DNA of 40,058 nucleotides from Reclinomonas americana ATCC 50394 (Eukaryota): NCBI GenBank assembly GCA_048213135.1, contig PS015426.1, positions 1 to 40,058 of the forward strand, read 5' to 3'. Shown piece by piece: positions 34,479 to 40,058 of this stretch (position 1 is its first letter; each line of letters starts with the position of its first letter). The notes under the pieces were generated by a model. It saw only the letters and a program-made list of their open reading frames with translations, ran no database searches and was not told where the DNA came from. The position numbers and the translations under genes were made by a program.

Positions 34479-37400
34479 TCATCTCACACCGACCAGTATG
34501 TCCTCGAGCTGGCGGAGCACGTGATCGACACTGTGACCGCCGCGCACCGCAGCGTCAGAAAAATGATACGATACAGCGAACAAATCTACTACAAAGCGCC
34601 GCACCTGGTTCTCTCGTCGGCCCGCCAGCGCAGGCATTGCGCCACGATTTCGACGTAGGTAGGTGGCACCGTGTAGCCACTTGCATCGCGCGCCAGCATC
34701 TCCGGTTGTAATCTCAAGTCCAGTGACTCTGTGTGCGACGATGAGAGATGGTGGGAAACGGCATCGACAGAAAGGAGAAGGAGAAACCTGTGGACAGTCC
34801 GTGGACGACCATCATTGGTTGCATGTGGGCAAAGGGTTTTCGCAGCGTGGCCAGCTCCCACAGCACCAGCCCGAGGCACCAGACGTCGGCTGGGGGAAGG
34901 GGAGGGGAGGAGGAGGAGGGAGGANNNNNNNNNNNNNNNNNNNNACACCCACATGACGCTCTTCACTCACACTGATTGATTCATTCGCTCACCCTTCTCC
35001 CTTTTCTCTTCCCTCTCTCTCTCACCCCGTGAACGGCGGATCATAGTACAACTTCAACCCATGCTTCCCACACTGCTGCTGCACCACATCCAAAATGCGA
35101 TTGCCGCCGCAAAAGAACACCTCGTGCGGCGCGTGCGACATGACCACCTCGTGCAGCTCCGAGTCAAAGTCCGGCCGCCCCAGCGTCGGCACCACACCGC
35201 ACATGTCGAGCGCGCCGTTGCTGTCGTCAAACACGATCTTGTCGACCGAGGGATCGGTGAGGAACATGCGCACGGTGATGCCGTGCGGGAGACCGCCCTC
35301 GCGGCAAAAGATCTCCAGCGCCGAGGCGAAGAGCGAGGCCGAGCGGGTGGTGAAGAGGATGAGCACCGATTGGGGGAGGCGACCGGTGCTGCGCACGCGC
35401 TCCACCAGGTCCCACGCGACGGTGACGCCGGTGCCGGTGGCGATGAGGACTTTGGAGCATTGGGTGTCGAAGAACATGCGCTGGTAGCAGCCGCGGAAGG
35501 GGCCCCGAACACTGCGAAGGGGGGGAATGGGGAAGGGGGAAGGGGGGAAAAGGGAAATGGGAGAAGGGTGAGAGGGAGAAGGGTTGAGAGGGGAAGGGGA
35601 GAGGGAGGGAGGGGGAAGGGGAAGGGGAAGGGGAAGGGGAAGGGAAGGGGAAAAGGGAAGGGGAAGGGGAAGGGGAAGGGGAAGGAAAAGAGATTGAAAA
35701 GGGAACGAAAGAAGAAGGAAAGGGGATATAGGAAGGGGAAGATAAGGGAGGGAGGGGAAAGAGGGGAAGGAGGGGGAGGGGACGGAGGGGGAAGGAGGGG
35801 GAGGGGAAGGAGGGGGAGGGGAAGGAGGGGGAGGGGAAGGAGGGGAAGGGGAAGGGAAGGAAAGGGGGAGAAGGAGAGAGGGGAAGGACAGAAGGGAAGG
35901 AGAGAGGGACAGGAGAGAGGGGAAGAGAAAATAGGGAAGTGAAGGGAGGAAAAAGGGAAAAGAAGGGAAACATACGAGAGGCGCGACGGAAAGGGAGAGA
36001 GGGAAAAAGTGAGGGAAGGGATGAGAACACAACAAAGAGAGAATGAATGAATGAGAAGAGGCAAAGAAAGAAAGGAACGTGAAGGAAGAGCGCGTGTGTG
36101 TGTGAGAGGAGAGAATTGAGAGAAGAGGGAGTTAATCATCAACCAATTAAAGAAGATGGATGCTCACGTTAGATACCTTTCAGAGAGTACCGTTCACCAC
36201 GACCGACCTCGGGCGCCAGGTACACGAGCGTGCCGATCTGCGTCATGGTGGTGGTGGTCTCGGCGAGGCGGGCGAGGCCGTAGTCGCCAATCTTGGCCTC
36301 CCAGTCGTCGGTGATGAAGATGTTCTCGGTTTTGACGTCGCGGTGGATGCTGTTGCAGGGGGAGTGAGAAGGGACTGACACGAGAAAGAGGGAGAGAGTG
36401 AACAATACAGCGAAACATTGGCTGCGGTAATGAGTGGAGGAAGTAGAGTCCGCGCACAATGCCCCGTGCGATCTGCAGAGTGCGGTCAGTTGTCCACGGG
36501 TCGGTGGCGAGTCGATCCTGCGAGAGGCAATCTGCCAAGCTGCCGCGCTCAGCGTACTCGGTGACGAGGGCGTTCTGCAGGCGAGAGAGTGAGTGAAAGT
36601 TGACAACAGGAAAGATTCTCCGCATACCTGCTTCTCTGTCGCCACGATACCCAGGCATTTGAGCAGATTCGGATGACGGAGGGCAGACAGCACACGAACT
36701 TCGCCGGCAAAGGCTCTCATGGAGCGATCGGCCTCGGCGTCGCGCTCCGGCGATAAGCCAAGAACCCTGCGAAGAAGAAAAATGAACGACGATATTAAGA
36801 TTGCTTTCTGCGGATGAGTTGTGCATCGAAGTTGCACATCCCTTCCTTTCTCCGTCTCTCTCCTTCGGTACGAATGCAGACGATTGTTCCTCTTTCTCTC
36901 CCCTCTCTGTATTGTGCGCGTCTAGAGCAGTACATCACTCTCATGCGCACAACAGGATTCGCAGTGTTCTTCCTCTCACCCTCTCTTCCATGTTTCTCTG
37001 CTTCTACAAAGACTAGGATCTACAAATCTATTGCGTCGAATGCATCTCAGTCAGTCTCTCTCAGAGCCGGAGAGAGAGGTACAAAGAGATAAAGAGAGCA
37101 AGAGAACGCAGGCGAATAAAACAGAGAGCAGAGACCGAGCGCGTGTCATCCCTCAGTCTCTCCCCCTTTCCCGTCACACGCACCACGGCACGCGGAAACA
37201 CTTGACGGCCACATGCAGTCCATTCCAGTCGGCCAGAAACACATCACCGAATGAGCCGACGCCGATGCGCTCGAGAGCCTCCACCTCCGACGGCGGAATG
37301 ACCTTGATGCGCGAGTCTTCTGGTCCGTATCGGCTGTCCATCTCGGGATCTGGCGCAGCAATGTACTGCAACCCGCTGGTATGAGTGCCACACCCTCTTT

Positions 37401-39359
37401 TTCGCTGTGCTCGCAGCACGCAACTCGAACAAGCGGCGAGTACTGCCCAGAGGCGGCTGCCGACGACGGCGCTGATGAAGGAAACGAGGCCTCGCTGGCC
37501 CCTCCAGTGGCGGAGGAGGCATTGGACAAGCGCGGCGACGCCCCACCACCGTAGTACACGCTGTCGGTGTCGCCGCTATTAATATCGGTGCGGATGAGGG
37601 GGGACATGTCGTCCGCGCGGAGGGTGATGCGCGTGCTCTCCGCCTTGGCCGCCTGGCTCTCCTCGACCATGAAGCGGAAGACCAGGAAGAAGCCGGAGGG
37701 GATGACCAGGGCCGTGCTCTGGAGAAAAGGGAAAGGGTGGGCGAGGAGAAGGGGAAGGAGAATTAGGGGGGAAGGGGAGGGGGGAGAGGGGAGAGGAGAG
37801 AGGAGAGAGGGGAGAGGGGAGAGGGGAGAGGGGAGAGGGGAGAGGGGAGAGGGGAGAGTGGAGAGTGGACAAGGGAGAGGGGAGAGTGGAAAAGGGAGAG
37901 AGGGAGAAGGAGAGAGGGAGTGGTGAGAGGAAGAGGTGAGAGGGGAGGGGAAGGGAAGCAAGGGAGGATGAAAGCGAGAAAGAAACAAAGTGACACCGAG
38001 AGCGAAAGAGAGAGGGTAGAGAGAGAGAGAGAGAGAGAGAGTCGGAACATAGAGAACGATGGAAAGCAAGACAGGAAGAAAGGATTGGAGGATGACAAGA
38101 ACCAAAAAGCAAGAAGCACCACAGAATGAGAGCGCGAAATAGAACATGAACGACATGGTGAGAGAGAAAAACAAAGAGAGGCAGTATGAGAAAGAGGAAA
38201 AGCAGAGTGGAGAATGGGGTCAAGCAGCAAGGTGGGACAAACGACCGTTCAGATACAAGAAGGACAGAAAGAAAGGTGAGAGAGAAACACACACACACAG
38301 AGAGAGAGAGAAATCAACAAAGGAATGAAAAAAACAACGTCAGGAGGAAAGTCAGCAAGACAACGAAGAGAAAAGGGGCAAACAGTCGAGCAAACAACAA
38401 ACACCGAAAGAGGCACTGCAAGAACACACATGGGTAATGAACGACGCTCAATTCCGGTCAACAAGCGAGCAGATCTTGGTGTGCCAACCATCATCACTCC
38501 CCACAACGCAACAATCACAAAACAATCGAAAGTGTTGGTGGTCTCTGGCACATCTCCCGGAAACAAAGCAACAGACTGCGTACAGGCGGTCAGCTACCAC
38601 ACACAGATCCTACTCGTGACGACGTGCACCGCCCTACACACACCAGAATATCCAACAAAACAACCGAAGTCCACGTGCAGAAAATGTACAGGGCACAGCT
38701 CAGCTCCCAAAAGCCGCCACGCCGAATGATGGCATTCACCAGGGCGATGGTGGCCAGTGCCCACAACAGTCCATTGACGACACACAGCTGGATCCAATAC
38801 ATGCGGTTGCGCGACAGGTTCTGCAAGGGAAAGGAGTCACCGAAAGAAAGAGATGGACGACAATAGGGGACTCTGCCTCCCCCGTCGCTCACCAGCGCCA
38901 GCATGGCTCCCGTCAACAGCAACGCGGAAATGATGCAGTTGGCCACCCACGGCAATCTGGGCGACGGCAGTGGGCGGCAGCACCGGCGGCGACGGCGCTC
39001 AAAACTGGCGTAATCGTCTGGCGCGTCTCGCCGAGTCAGCAGGGCGCAGGCGGCGTACGCCGTGAGAATGTACTGCAGCAAAGGGTGAGTGGCTGGTGTG
39101 TTTGACTGCAAGAGAAGGCGAAGCGGAAGCGCACCAGCATGACGTTGCCGACGCTGAGTTTCTTGCTGTAGAGGCCGATCAGTCTGCAAGTAGGGGGATT
39201 AGAACACACACAGAGAGTCATGGGAGGCGAGAGAGAGAGAAAGGCGCACGGTGCGAATGCCAAGTAGATCCACATTCCCTGTGGCAATGTGAGAGAGGGT
39301 AAAGCAAAGGTAGGAGTCGGAGACGCGAACCGTTGCGACCAGGTGGAACACCACGTATT
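34479..39359 (-). CDS. Multi-pass transmembrane protein with C-terminal TKL-group protein kinase (5' partial, continues beyond window)
   Basis: IGVGSFGDV, VAVK, EVRVLSALRHPNLL, LVTEYAERGSL, PIIHRDVKTEN, KIGDYG, GTLVYLAPE, ADVWCLGLVLWEL (34889), QCLRWRADERT, stop at 34479. Several hydrophobic exons lie at 37600-39359. Confidence 0.9.
35022..35511 (-). CDS. Orphan exon encoding the NAD(P)H-binding domain of a ferric reductase/NADPH oxidase (FNR-type) protein
   Basis: VRGPFRG, VLIATGTGVT, LILFTTRS, GRPDFD and VFFCGG motifs. Preceded by a polypyrimidine tract and ttcgcag acceptor. No upstream exons of this family were found in the window. Confidence 0.85.
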
Positions 39360-40058
39360 CTGTGGATGGGGTGAGGCGGGTGGGGTGAACAAGGGGAAGG
39401 AGGCGCGAGGAGGAGGAAGAAGAAGAAGGATGTCGAGGCGTGAGGATGAGATGGACGGGAGAGAAGGGAGAAGGACGGATAAGGATGAGGAGAGAGAGAG
39501 CGGAATGGACAAATGGATGAAGAAGAAGCGTGGAAAGAGAAGGAGAGGTAGAGGAGGAAGGCAAGAAGGCGAAAAGAAGAGAGAGTCAAGGACGAGGAAC
39601 AGCAAGGCGGAAAAGAACGAACAAGAAGAGGGACAACATGACGGAGAAAAGGACAACGAGAATGAGGAGACGAAGGACAAGAAAGAAGAGAACGGCGAGA
39701 GGAGGGAGGCCACGAGGCAACGAAAAGGAAGAGGAGGTGGAAGAGAAGGAAGAAAGAAGACGATGAGAACAAGGACGAGTGACGGAAAAGAGAGGAAGAT
39801 GGCAAGCAAGCATCGACAAAGAAGACGAGAAGAGAATAAGGAAGAAGGGAGACGATGAGAACGCGGACAAGTGACGGAGAGGAGAGAAAGATGGCGAGAA
39901 GGAGGAGGAGAGATAAGAGGAGAATGCAAGGAGGAGGAGGAGGAAGAAGAGAAGGAGGAAGCAGAGGGACGATGAGAACGCGAAAGAATGATGAGAAGCA
40001 GGAAGGAAGAAGAGAATGCTGCAGAAGAGGAGGAGTAGTAGAATGCAAGGAGGAGGAG

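Noticed and set aside
35022-36360. In-frame kinase-ferric reductase fusion protein
   Set aside because: The kinase donor is phase 1 and the reductase acceptor is phase 2. The kinase's own subdomain IX-XI exons lie downstream.
1-40058. tRNA, rRNA or transposase/retroelement genes
   Set aside because: None recognisable by eye. A covariance-model or repeat-library search would be needed to exclude small ncRNAs.

Overview
Eukaryotic, GC-rich, intron-dense protist-type draft scaffold with 8 N-gaps and many GA/CT microsatellites. Manual splicing gives about 11 genes: the 3' end of an unknown gene, an SLC25 mitochondrial carrier, Nup37, TRM13, a secreted GH63/MGH1-like glycosidase, a secreted Pro/Gln+Cys-rich protein, a catalytically degenerate GspE/PilB-type secretion-ATPase homologue, an NHL-repeat protein with a dynein-stalk MTBD-like domain, an IQ-like coiled-coil protein, a tail-anchored coiled-coil protein, and a multi-TM TKL kinase. 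Highlights: (1) a frequent one-nucleotide-shifted 5' splice-site class (GTTGCG/GTTTCG/GTTACG/GTTGAG beside normal GTGCG/GTGAG); (2) a spliced nuclear GspE-like pseudo-ATPase suggesting the mitochondrial T2SS-derived system; (3) an orphan ferric-reductase exon on the same strand inside a kinase intron; (4) a non-motor dynein MTBD-like domain. All family calls come from motif recognition by eye. No searches were run, and exon boundaries are hand-inferred.
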